A DNA stretch of 60,858 nt, filler included, from Basidiobolus meristosporus CBS 931.73 (Eukaryota; Fungi; Basidiobolomycota), in NCBI GenBank assembly GCA_002104905.1. It is 3 parts of 3 records of this genome, joined end to end, with 100 filler letters (N's around TTAATTAATTAA, not from the genome) between each part and the next. Parts side by side here need not be neighbours in the genome. Positions count along the whole stretch, not along the records: positions 30,909 to 60,858 come from MCFE01000858.1; 2 more parts are not named here. One strand, written 5' to 3'. Below are positions 33,827 to 46,759 of this stretch, in pieces (the first letter of the stretch is position 1; each line of letters opens with the position of its first letter). The notes under the pieces are model-generated. The model was not told where the DNA came from. It saw only the letters and a program-made list of their open reading frames with translations, and ran no database searches. Made by a program: the position numbers and the translations under genes.

Positions 33827-36699
33827 GATTGTAGACGATGTAGTTTCTAGCGGAAATCCAGTTACTTGCTAGACTCTTCGTCACGGACCGCCTTTATATG
33901 AACATCTCCCTGGGATCTTCGTCATCATATGGTATTGGATGGATACGGCACTGCTAGCGGTTACGGATGTCAAATCAATTGGCTCATTAGGTTTGATAAC
34001 GGTGGCTGAGCTCCCTCCCCTTAGTTTGTATTCTCAAATCCCTTATACTAAGTATACATCACGACGAGCAATGATAGGTGACGTCAACCGCCCATTAGGT
34101 CATCACTTCTAAAATGCCATCGGAATTGATTTAGGCAATCACCCATGTCTCTTCTATCCTGCAAACCACTTTAAGGAAGCATATAATTGAATGGCACCAT
34201 GGGATCTGGGTTGAGGCCGCACCCATGACGAATGAGGGGGACATCTGCAATCAGATGACATGGCTGTATTTCTTACTCGGTTCACGGTTTCTTGCACGGT
34301 CGCACTAGGGTCTGACAGCCAGTTAGAATTGAAAGGCTTATGGTGTGTTGCTGTTCATACTACTTCATATTGCGTTCGTCGGACAGGTAGCTGGGATCAG
34401 GGCCCGAATCCCAGTATATAAGGGAATTCATCGAATCAAGATACTATCGAGAATGTACGTATTCCAGCCTGGCCTCAAATGGACGACACTGTGATGTGCA
34501 CCCAGATTTCGGCAACCGATGAGTAGGACGTACTGTTCTCCAAGCCCCACTGTTCCCGCCATCTGGAGGTGTGATTCGACAGCTGCATTCTTGCTTGATT
34601 TTAGTCCCAGTACGGAGATATCTGTAATTCTGGTTAGTGCGATGCATAGTATTGCATTACATCTCACCGTCTTCAGTCTCTTTTCCCACTAATGCCCACC
34701 TCCATATCCGCATTCCCTTCTACATCACCCGCAACTCCGCCTGCTCACTACCACATGCACTTATCACTGGGTCTCTACATCGACCTGTGCGCGTACCTCA
34801 CTCCCACTACCATCGTCGTCAGCATCATCACCGCAATAAAATAAAGAACAAGCTGCCACCGTCAATTTCTTTACATATCATCAGTAGCTATCAGACAGCG
34901 AGTTTGCTGGTTGGCTAATGAGCAACCCATACACAGCAATGTATACACCATGCTACCTCTCTGCTTCCATCGTTATTGCATCCCAAATATTCTGGATGGT
35001 CTCGGGAATGGAGGAGGCCAATACCTCATAATTGAGCCAGTGGTTGTTCCTGGTATTCAACTGTGACCCAACCTCGACTCACCACTAGCATCCCCACTTC
35101 CCCACCTGGTCACCTCCATATCTGACAGTATGGCGATGGTTGTCCTTGTTGGGATGCTAGCTCTCTCCATCATCGCCACTACACTACTCCTATTCTACCT
35201 TGCATTCTTGGGAATGTATCAGTCAGCGGGACAGTTTGGATCTGGCAAGTAGGACGAATATGTATTCATTGAAAGGGGTAGAGTGCAAGAACGAGCTGGA
35301 TATAGGAGAGACAACGATGGACATGGTTGTGATAATGATTGAAGATGGGTTTGAAGAAGTCCAGGAGTATGGCTTCGAAACAGACTTACCACAAGCATAT
35401 GATCAGCTATATCTCATGGTCAAACAGTACAAAACCTAATCCTAAATATTCTCCATGCCACCACATTGGTCGAGCCATCAACTAGAGCACCACCTTCCCA
35501 ATCGGGAATTAGTCAATTTGTCCAGAAAATCATCGAATCTTAAATGTCGGACAATAATCATAATTAAATTTTAGTAATAGGAATATACTCCAGTTCCGTA
35601 GTAGTAAGGATAAGCGCATAACACTTCATTACCAGATGAACAGAACTGGATGGCCCAAGTTGGGATTCTCTCGACAACGGGAACGCGGAATCAGAAACGG
35701 GATTTTCTAAAGCCGAACTTAATGTTGTCTTGGATTTTAGTTCACAAAGTACTCCACCGACGGGAACGAACTGTTTAACCACATCCACCGAGGGAGTTAA
35801 CTTATGGGATTCGTATTAACAACCCGATTGAAATCGAATTCTATTTTGACTTGATACCTCATCTCTCGATTCAGCCACTTTTGTTTGGTCAGCAATTTCA
35901 AAAAACCTCGGAATATCAGCGATATCAAACTTTGAAACCCAATCAACATGACAAATTCAGATCTTTGTTCATTTTCAATGTTTATGGGTCATACTTGCTG
36001 ATATTTTCATAATCGTACCACCACATAAAGCGAATTATCGCCCGAATCGCTTAAACAACCTAAAGCCGCCACGTTATATGGACAAAACTTATTTCGGCCA
36101 TTAGAACATTCCCAATTACTCTTCACGGCACAGTGCACCCACAGGGTACATATACGTTGGATTATTTTCATGACATGTGAGATATACTCCAATTCCGTAG
36201 TGGTGACGATCAGCGCATAACACTTCATCACCAGATGAACAGAACTGGATGGCCCAAGTTGGGATTCTCTCGACAACGGGAACGCGGAGTCAGAAACGGG
36301 ATTTTCTAAAGCCGAACTTAATGTTGTCTTGGATTTTAGTTCACGAAGAACCACCCTTCGATGGACCATCGCATTTATAGAAAATTTCATGGCCAGGAGT
36401 ATTCATGGGATTGCGTTGGAGGCGAAATTGGGAATTTACACGATGTTAAGTAGCCGCACTTCCCATGCGGCACTGGAAATCCCATAGACTCGTAACCTCC
36501 CAACCCTCAGCATTTGCGCTCACCACTCGCCTGACTATGGATGTGCCACCCCGAGACCAACGATGGATGTTATAGACAAGTACCCATTCTTTATTGAAAA
36601 CAATTAGGGATTATTTGTACATAAAATCAGGGTCTAAATTAGATCATTGAATAAAGGTTACAGTTCATCAGTGATGAATGAATGGGTTGGGCAGGGAGT

Positions 36700-38889
36700 C
36701 TAGTAACTTCTGCCGAACAAGGTCCAGCGCTTAGCGTCAGCACCACAGGCGGCGCACTTGGTGACTCCGGGGACGATGGGCTTGTCTTGAGGTTGCTCCA
36801 AGGGGATGCAGAGGGATTTGGCTCCCATGGATGGGGCTCTCTCATCCTCAGCCTCATCCTCTTGCTCCTCGTTACGGGAGCTCTTCTCCTTAATGTCATC
36901 CTCACATTGGACCTCCTCGCACCAGGGGATCATTACGGAGCAGCGGGAGTTCAAGGCAGGAACGAAGTCCTTCCACTCAGTGACGTACTTAACGTGTGCG
37001 TCACGAACAGCCTTAGCATTCGCGAACATGTCCTTTTGAATGGTTTGCAAAAGAGCAGGAACGTCGGTAGCAAGAGAAGCCATAGGGATGGGTGCCTTCT
37101 TACCGTTGTCACGACGGACTGAGAGAGTGGACTTCTTGGCAAGGTCCATGGGGCCGATTTCAAGGCGAAGTGGAGTACCACGGAGCTCCCAGTGGTTGAA
37201 CTTGTATCCAGGAGTGTAGTTCTCTCTCAAATCAGCCTTGGCTCTAACACCGACGGACTTGAGGATCTTCACAACCTCCTTGACACCCTCCTCAACGTTG
37301 CGTCGGTCTTCGTCGGTACTCTTGACGGTAAGACCGCAAGGGACGACGATGACTTGGGTGGAAGCCACTCTAGGTGGGATGATCAAACCCTTGTCGTCAC
37401 CGTGGACCATCACCATGACACCAATGGTACGGGTGGTGATGCCCCAGGAGTTCTGCCAGACGAACAACTTCTTGGCTTCGGCGTCGTCACCGGCATTGGC
37501 AGGGGCATTGGGGTCTTCAACGGTGATGTTGAACATCTTGGCGAAGTTTTGTCCCAAGCAATGACTGGTGGCACCCTGAATACCACGTCCGGTGGTGGGG
37601 ATGAAACCTTCGACGGTGGTGGTGTAGAGGCCACCGGCGAACTTCTCCTTCTCAGATTTGATACCCTTGATGACAGGAACGGCCAAAAGGTCCTCGTATA
37701 CTTGGCGATAGAGGTCCAAGATTTGGAAGACTTCCTCGCTAGCAAGTTCCTTGGTCAGATGGGCGGTGTGGCCCTCCTGCCAAAGGAACTCTCTAGTACG
37801 AAGGAAAGGTTGAGGGTGCTTGAACTCCCAACGAACAACATTGCACCATTGGTTAATCTTGAGAGGAAGGTCACGATGGCTGCGAATCCACTTGGCAAAG
37901 TAAGGGTACATGACGGTCTCGGAGGTTGGACGGATGGCGATGGGTTCCTCTAAATCGGAGGAACCAGCCTTGGTGACCCAAGCGACCTCTGGAGCGAATC
38001 CTTCAACGTGATCCTTCTCCTTCTCAAGAACCTTTGATGAGACAAACATAGGGAAGTAGGTGTTCTCGACACCTAGCTCTTGGATCTCGGCGTCGAAGAA
38101 ATCGGTGATGTATTTCCAGATGTTGTAGGCCAAGGGTCTGATGATGTAGCAACCACTGACGTCGTAGTACTCGAGCATTTCACTCTTGGTGACCACCTGC
38201 TGGTACCACTTGGGGAAATCGACCTCCTTTCTGTACTCGATGCCAATCTTGACGCTGTCTTCCTCTGGCTTAGGCTTTTGGGCCTTGGCAGCGGCCTTGG
38301 GTGCCTTAGGTTGCTGGGGCTTGGCGGCAGGGGCTTCGGCAGCCAAAGCCTTGAAGTCGACTTCGGTATACTTGGCGGAGGAGCTCTCGAGGTACTTCCT
38401 GATTTCCTCGAGAGTAAGGAAAGAGGTCTTTTCGGAGGCAGATGGATGGAACCCGATGAGAGTTCCCTCGGCAACAGTGAAAAGGGCAGCATCGACGATG
38501 AGATGAACGTTGCTGATGTTCTCGGCCGAGACGTTGTCAAGGGCGAAGGGAGATGTGGCCTCCTTGGTAACACCAAAGAAGCTGCTCAACAAATCCTCGT
38601 TGGCGAAACGAAGATCCTTCAAACTGAGTTTTTTCCCCAAGGCGGACATGTTGGTCTCGGTAGCTTCCAAGGCAACAACCATCACAGGGGTCACTGGAGC
38701 AGTCTTGGCGGTCTTGGGCTTGAGAACCAAGGTTTTGGTCAAGACATAAGAGCTAGGAAGGGATGCTTGATCGCATTGACCTAAAGCCTCGCTCCATTCA
38801 GCATTGTTCTTGACAGGTGCGTGGTCCACAACCTTGGGAGAAATGCTAAGTGAAGTGAAACGGTCAACAACTGATTGAAAAGTAGCCAT
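36700..38889 (-). CDS. proS: Cytosolic prolyl-tRNA synthetase with N-terminal YbaK/ProXp-type editing domain
   Basis: 729-aa intronless ORF with [58 protein letters not shown] and the C-terminal FGRSY. Confidence 0.96.
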   Translation of the reverse strand: MATFQSVVDRFTSLSISPKVVDHAPVKNNAEWSEALGQCDQASLPSSYVLTKTLVLKPKTAKTAPVTPVMVVALEATETNMSALGKKLSLKDLRFANEDLLSSFFGVTKEATSPFALDNVSAENISNVHLIVDAALFTVAEGTLIGFHPSASEKTSFLTLEEIRKYLESSSAKYTEVDFKALAAEAPAAKPQQPKAPKAAAKAQKPKPEEDSVKIGIEYRKEVDFPKWYQQVVTKSEMLEYYDVSGCYIIRPLAYNIWKYITDFFDAEIQELGVENTYFPMFVSSKVLEKEKDHVEGFAPEVAWVTKAGSSDLEEPIAIRPTSETVMYPYFAKWIRSHRDLPLKINQWCNVVRWEFKHPQPFLRTREFLWQEGHTAHLTKELASEEVFQILDLYRQVYEDLLAVPVIKGIKSEKEKFAGGLYTTTVEGFIPTTGRGIQGATSHCLGQNFAKMFNITVEDPNAPANAGDDAEAKKLFVWQNSWGITTRTIGVMVMVHGDDKGLIIPPRVASTQVIVVPCGLTVKSTDEDRRNVEEGVKEVVKILKSVGVRAKADLRENYTPGYKFNHWELRGTPLRLEIGPMDLAKKSTLSVRRDNGKKAPIPMASLATDVPALLQTIQKDMFANAKAVRDAHVKYVTEWKDFVPALNSRCSVMIPWCEEVQCEDDIKEKSSRNEEQEDEAEDERAPSMGAKSLCIPLEQPQDKPIVPGVTKCAACGADAKRWTLFGRSY

Positions 38890-39326
38890 GGAGGAAGAAA
38901 CTGGTTGTTTCGAAGGAAAGTTTATTTCAGTTCCAAGCGTTCACCAAAGACACTACCTTCTCTTGAATCAATCCCAAGAGAAAAAAAACCAATTAGAGGG
39001 CGCATGCCCGGAGTAAGCATTTTTTTCAACCAGTAACTGGCCAGTTGGCTAGGTGGGAAATTTGGGTTTCTTTGGCAAATCGGACATGGCTTGTGATTTT
39101 ATTGATTAACTGAGCAGCTAGCCAAATTAGAATTTCGGTTGATTATCCTGATCGGTGGTGGCTTGTTGCATACGTGAACTCTAATATATCAATTTACATG
39201 GTACAAGGAAATACAATGGGAAGAATAAAAACAATAGAAATTGAACACAAAGCCGAGACTTAACTTAAATACATCAAACACTGCTTAAAACTTTACATAG
39301 CATGAAGCCTATTCGCTGGATTCCAA

Positions 39327-40481
39327 TCATATCTTGGCCGACTTCTCCGGGGCATTATCTGATACCATGACGACGGCTTCTCCACCAAGTTTCTTCGCAC
39401 GGATCTTGTTCCTTAGTGCCTCCATAACCTCCGCATGGGATAGTGAGCGACCACGTTTCTTTGCGGTGCTCTCCTGATAGATAGGCTCTTGACCGTTGTC
39501 TGAGCTACTGTCGAGTTGCGAACAGCCTCGCTTTTTCGGTGGAGAAGGAAACTGTCTTGGGGTGCGCAGTGGCTGCGAGCTGGCGCGATTAGCCAGCGTG
39601 CTGTTGATTGACAACCTGGTTTTCAGAGGGGCGGCGGTTTGGGCCACTGTCTTCTGGAGATGCGGATCTGCTCTGCCCCCAAATACACCGAGGTGAGATG
39701 TACCCACCGACGTAGAAAACTTTGAATGCGCTATGGATCCTGAGATAGGCCCTGGTAGGGTTCCGTAAGCATCCATCACATCCCTACATACGCAACACCA
39801 GTCAGTAAGGCTAATAAGTACAAGCGCTTCAGCCAAAACATCTCACCTTGAAGGATATGAGCCATCAGCTGTTTGATAGATAAGAATAGGTAAGCAAATA
39901 ATCCAAGAGGGCAAAAGGCAGTCAGCACATGTACCGATTGTCGTTGCATAGCCAGCGCCTATTCTTCGTTGCTCCCTTAGAATCTCCAGGTCAAGCAACT
40001 TCGATTCGAGGGTGAGTTTCTCAGCAATACGTCGCTCGACCTCATACGCTCTCTGTTTACAATCAGGAAATTAGTTAAATCAAACATCGACTGAAGACAC
40101 GACTGGGTGGCATACATTATCTTCCGCGACTTTTGCATCAAGAACCAGTTGTAACAAATCAGGCTTATCGGCGTACACTTGAGTTATCTCCTGCAGGGAA
40201 CAATGTGCGAGGGCAAGGCCACCATCAGCTTGAGCCTTTATGCTTCGCACACTTGTCCGCGAATGCCCTTGTAGCAGATGTGTCTGCACCTCTTGTATCT
40301 GATGCTGTTGAATATGCTGGAACTGCTCTTGCTGTAACTGTAGCTGTAGCTGCAGCTGCTGGTGCAGATTAAGGTGAATCTGACCCTGGGGAAGGTAATA
40401 TTGCTCGACAGCTGTCGAGACAGGCGCGGTGACAGAATAGTTGCTCATGTCTGTTGCAGTAATCGCTGCAAACTTTATCAT
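39327..40481 (-). CDS. Hypothetical protein, predicted 4 exons, with Gln-rich and coiled-coil segments
   Basis: Three GT..AG introns join the ORF-track pieces in frame: ...LLQLVLDAKVAEDN / RAYEVERRIAEKLTLESKLLDLE...I / ADGSYPS / RDVMDAYG...LSHAEVMEALRNKIR. Confidence 0.65.
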
Positions 40482-41005
40482 ACAACCTTAATGCAAAGTA
40501 ACCAACCACAAACAAAGAAGGAGACTGAGCACTGTGATAAAAATAAAGGATCCAAGGCGGGTGGAAGAGGACTATTTATATTTGAAACCGACGATTATTT
40601 CGGATTAGCTCAGGAGACCGATGCATAATGCACGAATTTATCCCTATACAATACCCGCAAATTCACTGTTTCAAGGCGCGGTTCGCATTCCTCGAAAAGA
40701 CATCAAAAAGGATTTCCATCGATTGGATGCTATATTTATTGGAATTGGTCTCAACGCCGGTGTCTTTAGTGATTCAGATGCTTCTATTCGAATGGATGTG
40801 CAGAGATCCGACCGGATGATTGGTGGGTATTAATAGATAGCGTGAGATCCGTGGAGCATGACTTGAGAAGATCACTCTCGACTGGGGAAGTGCAAATCGA
40901 ATGCACAATACGTCATAGTCCCCCGAGTGGGAAACCTATTATTGATATTCACCCCATAGTCGTTCAGATATAACTGGAGGGTGTTTGTCACATAATGCCA
41001 CCTAC

Positions 41006-42157
41006 ATGTTTTCACGGCCGACATTCCTCTTCATCTTGGTAGTGTCACTACTCTTCCCCTATGTACGACTACTGTTGACCAGGTTCGGGGTGTTTCGCGA
41101 GGTTCAGGATTACGGTATGGATGGATGTAAGAAACTCGACCAGTTGAGATTCTGTGAAAGTCTGCACATCGAGCGGGACAACGGCCTGGTCTTTTTCAGT
41201 TGCGAGGTAGAACGCATGCGTTGGAATCCGGTCATGGGGCTGCTGGACGAGAGCGTAGATAATCAAAGCGGCAAAATTTGGGTGTACGATATGGTTGGTC
41301 TGGACGGTCAGCCCTACCCTTTGAAACTTGTGAACTTTGTAGGGCAGTTCCATCCTCTGGGCATGACAGTGGTGAAGCACCCACATGAGGTGGATACACT
41401 CCTTCTGTACGTAGTCAATCTCCGCACTGCGGCTCGGGTGATCGAGATTTTCAAGGTGGGTACCCGGAAGCCACAATCCATGGAGCATATACGCTCAATC
41501 CAGCACGAACTGATCAACAGCCCCAACGACATACATGTGGATCTCACTAGGGCGCCCAGCCCCGATGGGCTCTACTCATTCTACGTATCAAATGACCATG
41601 GCTACGAGAACCCCTTCATGCATAACTTGGAGACGAAACTTGGCCTTCCATTCGGCAGCGTAGCATACTACAATACTGCGTTACAGCAGCCACAAATAGT
41701 GGCCAAGAGTATCGCATTTCCAAACGGTATTACCTTGGGCAACAGCCACCGGATACTTTTCGTCGCGTCAACTTTCGGCAACGCAATCTTTGGCTACCAC
41801 GTCGAGAGTAGCGAGAGCGAGCCGTTCCCTCAGCTCCGCTTCAATTCTACCCTAACCATTCCCGTGGATATGAGCGTGGATAATCTGGATCTGGAGCCAA
41901 CCACTGGCGAGCTATATGCTGCGGGGCATCCCAAGGCCTTGAAGTTCCTGCAGCACGTCCGGGATCGAGTAAATAACCGATCACCAAGCAAAGTGGTCCG
42001 AATCATCGATCCGGAAAACGAAGCACGGGTGGAGCCGGTGTTCAGCGACAGTGGAGCCAATTTCGGAACCAGCTCAGGCGCAGCTGTGGACCACACGAGG
42101 AACATCATGTTCGTCGCGGGCTTGTATGAGGACAGCGTACTCATGTGTAGCACATAA
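41006..42157 (+). CDS. Paraoxonase/arylesterase-like six-bladed beta-propeller hydrolase
   Basis: N-terminal hydrophobic anchor. PON-type motifs FCES, NSPNDI, FYVSNDH, FPNGI, VDNL, AGHP. Confidence 0.85.
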   Translation: MFSRPTFLFILVVSLLFPYVRLLLTRFGVFREVQDYGMDGCKKLDQLRFCESLHIERDNGLVFFSCEVERMRWNPVMGLLDESVDNQSGKIWVYDMVGLDGQPYPLKLVNFVGQFHPLGMTVVKHPHEVDTLLLYVVNLRTAARVIEIFKVGTRKPQSMEHIRSIQHELINSPNDIHVDLTRAPSPDGLYSFYVSNDHGYENPFMHNLETKLGLPFGSVAYYNTALQQPQIVAKSIAFPNGITLGNSHRILFVASTFGNAIFGYHVESSESEPFPQLRFNSTLTIPVDMSVDNLDLEPTTGELYAAGHPKALKFLQHVRDRVNNRSPSKVVRIIDPENEARVEPVFSDSGANFGTSSGAAVDHTRNIMFVAGLYEDSVLMCST

Positions 42158-42237
42158 ATCAAGGAATACAATAAATAAGTGTGCGGATATAAACGAGTTT
42201 ATTTCTGGGGTTTTAGCAGGGAAAGTACGCAGTGGAC

Positions 42238-42618
42238 TTATTTCTTGCCAGACTTCTTGATACCGCCACCAACTACATGGGCGAAAGGGGTTGAATAGAT
42301 GAATGGAGGGGTACCAGGGGACGGGACACTTACGTAGTGGGCCTCCGCCCTTAGCCTTGGCCTGAAGTTCCTTCAACTTCTTTTGCTCCTCCTTTTGCTT
42401 TTGCTTGAAGGCAAGATCGTCCTGCAATTCAAAGAAGAACCGGGTTAATCATAGGCCAGCAGGGAAACCCCAGTTTCCATATCACGTACTTCATCCATAT
42501 CTTGTTGCTTCTTCTTGGGAGCCTTAAGAGGCTTAAGTTTTCCACCTGTGAGCGAATCCGGTTAACAACGCTCCCTGGGGCCACGAAGGGTGCTCCACTT
42601 ACCTTGTCTTCCCGACAT
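42238..42618 (-). CDS. TMA7: Translation machinery-associated protein 7; 4 exons
   Basis: Spliced product [64 protein letters not shown]. Confidence 0.93.
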
Positions 42619-43052
42619 ACTTGAAACTGGTGATAGCCGGCAACGGGCTAACGATTATTTAAATCATCAATATCCGATCGCACTTCCTGAAAACCGAAAA
42701 AAAAAATGGGCACAAATTTCGCGGCGAGTGTTTACCGGTGGTCCCGTGCCACTTTTCCGATGAATATGCCAGCTCGGACATCGCTCCCTCTATTCAATTC
42801 ACTTCACTCCAGAGTAGACGATCCGGATTAACCATTTATTTTATATCCCTGTGCAGCTGATGGGGCTGAGGGCGATTCCAGCGAGGGTGCATGAATAAGG
42901 TACACGCCGATATCAAGGTTACAAGGGGGCATATTAGAGGGAATACTTTTGGTGTGGTTGGAGGGTGAGGAGGTCAGAGGTGGTGACATGTATTCTAGAG
43001 TCGCGAGGAGATGGTGTGAGAGGGTGACTGGCCAGGGCGCCCGCCTAAAAGG

Positions 43053-44974
43053 CTATTTTTTCGCATCCTCGTAGCGTGCAGTCGGTTTCGGTGGAAGTGG
43101 GTGGGGCTTGTAGTTATTGCTGTGATTGTGACTCTTGGAATACCCGTTTCTATCTCGGCGATCCTGGTATGAGGAGCTGCCGTTTCTTTTGTTGTCGTAG
43201 GGTTGTCGGAAAGAACCGTAGGGGTCGTTGCGATTGCCCTGATGGTTGCCGCCTTCCCGCGGCTTCTCCTCCTGCTTTTGTCGTCTTCTATTGAATTCGT
43301 GACTGGCCTCATACACGGGCAAGCTTTGAAGTAATACATGATCAGCCATGATGGGGCGGTACAGCCAACGGACATTTACTTACTCGCTAGGATTGGCTGG
43401 CAGAGGCTCGTACCAGAAATAATCATGGTCTAGGGCCTCTCTGGCGGTCAGCCTCTTCTTCGGGTCGAGAACCAATATCTTGTTCAGCAAATCCACAGCA
43501 TGGGTACCGTACCTAGCATACAAAACATAAAGCGAAGAAGCGTCAGAAAGCGCACGTGCTACGGCACCGAAGGTCTAACGCTCACCGCTCGAACTCGTCC
43601 TTCAACTTGCGGGCATAGAACTTGAAGGATTTGATGCTCTCGCACCCTCCAAGTTCTCTCCAACCAGGCATCGAATCCTCCGATGGCGAGCCGCAGAGTC
43701 GGAATATCCGGTCCAATTGGTCAATGTCTGAGCTGCCAGGCAGAATTGGCTTCCCTTTCAATATCTCCCCAAACACACATCTACATGGCGAAAACAGGTA
43801 AACAGGGGGTTGTCTGCTGTGATAATCACTTTCACATATTACCCCACACCCCACATATCGATGGCTGTCGTGTACTTCTTCTCGCCCATCAGCAGCTCAG
43901 GTGGGCGATACCACCTAGTGACAACGCAGTTCGTATACTCTTTCTGAAGCTCTACGTCGTACGGGCGGGCCAAGCCAAAATCCGCAATCTTGAGCACACC
44001 TTGGTTGTTGATCAACAGGTTGGCCGCTAGAAATACGTTAGTTCGGCCATTGGTTTCGGGGACAAGCTTGGATCCAGAGGGTCCATTTACCTTTCATGTC
44101 TCGATGAAGGATCTTGTTCTGTGGGGGTTGGAGAATTACGGTCAGTCGATGAAAACACTACCCTTTCGACAACAACAAATGCATACATTGTGTAGATACA
44201 TCATCCCCTCTAGCAACTGACGCATGTAAAGTTTGATTTGCGGCACTGTGAAGGAGACATTTGGATTCTCTAATAAACCGGCCAAGTCGTGGTCCATGTA
44301 GGGAAACACCATGTAGATGGCGCCACGCTGTCTGTGGAGACGGTTGCCTGGTGCGAAGAATAGCTCGAGTTGAATACCGGAAAGGTAAAGGCGAAGCCAA
44401 GATAACAATACCCCTTAGTATCGCCATATCCGTAAGGTTGATGACATTGATGTGGTTCAGTGACTTTAGGATTTTGATCTCACGTAATGCCGTGATGGGG
44501 ACCTGAGTACGTGAACACGTAATGAGCAGATGGTCAGTCACGACGAAAATCAAGAGCGGATGCTGGGCGCGATGTTACTAACCCCCTCCTTCTCGTTGTG
44601 CATGAGGATCCGCTTCAAGGCTACCACCTCACCGGTCACCTTGTGGCGTGCTTTGTGGACTTCCCTTGAATGGTAACGAGCACGTTGAATAAAGGCAACA
44701 AAAAACCGTGGACCCCAAGGATGACTCACCCAAAAGTGCCCTCGCCTAATTTCTTCTCTATCTCGTAATCCTCGTAGCGTGAGCAGCCGGTGAATTTCTT
44801 GGAATCTCTCTGCTTGTATAGCGGGGAGGCGGTGCTTGGGCTACTGGCTATGTACGGGGAAACCGGAACGGTTTGCGAAGTCCCGTTGGATGCGTTGGAA
44901 GGGCTGGTTCCATAGCTTGGTGGATGCTTGTGCTCGTGTTGGTCCTCGATTGAATCATCACCAGATCTCTTCAT
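43053..44974 (-). CDS. BUR1: Cyclin-dependent kinase, BUR1/SGV1 (CDK9) type; multi-exon
   Basis: Motifs [68 protein letters not shown], and C-terminal [11 protein letters not shown]. Confidence 0.92.
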
Positions 44975-45521
44975 TGTTCCACGAGCCCTACAAGTAACAC
45001 TTTCTGGAGAGGAGGTTTGGAAAAAACAATCGACAATGTGGTGAGCAGCCAAAAAAGAAGGTCACACAGCTAGTAGAAAAGCAAAGGGGACTTTCGACAG
45101 CGTTTTAGGAGGAATTTTTTCCAGGGTTTTTTTTGTTCTTTAGTTTAGATGCAACATTCAGTGGTCAGTGAGTAGGTTAAGCCCACATCGAAGATTAATC
45201 ACTTTGATTGAAACTAGCTTTAAATATGAATCAATCATTGTCATCCAACATGGACATTTAAAGGTTGTGGTAACTCATTGTCAGACCCGGTTGGTCATTC
45301 GTTATCGAGATCAGGGTAGCACCGACTCCGGTTTCATTGGACCGTGATCGAATGGGTGTTCAGGATTCCCAGCGGATTTAATCATCGGATAAACCAGCTT
45401 GTGAAAAAATTCCACTTAAGACGGCCATGGTGGTGGCATATGGTGTCTTCTTGGCCTTTGTGTGCTTCTGGTTCATTCCGGCTCCGCCACCCTTTTTATC
45501 TCAAGCGTGAAATATCGCAGG

Positions 45522-46759
45522 ATGGAGTACGCTCCCAATTCCAACACAGAGAGTGATGGCGGGCGGTTCGATTTGTCAAGCCAGAGTGGATTCCAATTAT
45601 TTGAAAGGGGCTCTACGGTCGCCAACTTACTCTTCGGCTCGGTTCGTTGTCCAGGGCGGTTTGTTGCTCGCCATTCAATTGTCCTAAAATGTCCGTTGTG
45701 GTATTCTAGGTTGCTGGAGTGTTGGGCAAGCTTATTGAGTATCCACTTGACACGGTTAAAGTCAGACTTCAGTCACAGTCAGTAAGTAACAAAATGTTCG
45801 AGGGTCCTTTAGACTGCCTGAGAAAGACTGTCCAACGAGAAGGATTTTACGGGCTCTATCGGGTAAGTCTAGCTTTGCAAAGGCCACTTGCCAAAGTAAA
45901 TCGTAACCCCGGTATGGTTCCTGCTAGGGTCTTTCCTCGCCTCTGGTCGGCGCCATGCTGGAAAATTCTGCCTTGTTTGTGGGCTACGCTCAAGGACAGA
46001 AGCTAATCCGGAAGTTTGTACGTGGGGAGCACGAGTCAGAGGATAAAGAGCTGCTGCCGGAACTGACTCTACCGGAGCTATGTTTGGCTGGAGGGTTCTC
46101 CGGGATCGCTGCCGCCTTCCTTTTGACCCCGATTGAGCTCGTCAAATGCAAATTGCAGGTTCAGGAAGCTCGTATCTACGAAAGTGCCATCTCCAATGGA
46201 AATCCTACCCCACGCTTTAGCGGCCCACTCTCGGTCATCTCTCACACATTCAAGCACGAGGGATTGGCCGGATTCTATCGTGGAAACCTGCCGACGCTCT
46301 TTCGGGAGATTGGCGGTGGTGCCGCCTGGTTTGGAGTATACGAAGCTACCTGCCAGTGGTTTATCGCCCGACAACAGAAGCATGAGAAGCTCAGTGAACC
46401 GCTTACCAAGAGCTCCCTTGGCGCAGTTCAGCTGATGCTAGCGGGAGCACTGGCTGGAATGTCATACAACTTCATCCTGTTTCCAGCTGATGTTATCAAA
46501 TCCCAGATGCAGACAGAAGTGCATGGGAGCAGCCAAATCAAGCGTACCATCGTGCAAATATCGAAAGAACTATATGCAGCGGAAGGTATCCGAGGATTCT
46601 ACCGTGGCTGTGGTATCACCGTAGCCAAAAGCGCACCAACAAGTGCCATCATCTTTCTCACACATGTAAGTAGAATGACGACCGGACAACATCATGAAGC
46701 CTCTTATACTGACTTTTCATCTGCTTTCGTAGGAAACACTCACTCGGTATTTCACATGA
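45522..46759 (+). CDS. ORT1: Mitochondrial carrier, ornithine/basic amino-acid type; 4 exons
   Basis: Three carrier signatures [20 protein letters not shown] and [10 protein letters not shown], plus [17 protein letters not shown]. Substrate assignment is from recalled similarity only. Confidence 0.8.

Noticed and set aside
34920-35200. Possible DIRS RNase H remnant (GDAS.., NHWLNYEVLA)
   Set aside because: The motif resemblance is too weak to call without a profile search.
37192-38784. 253-aa and 234-aa plus-strand ORFs
   Set aside because: They are antisense shadows of ProRS.
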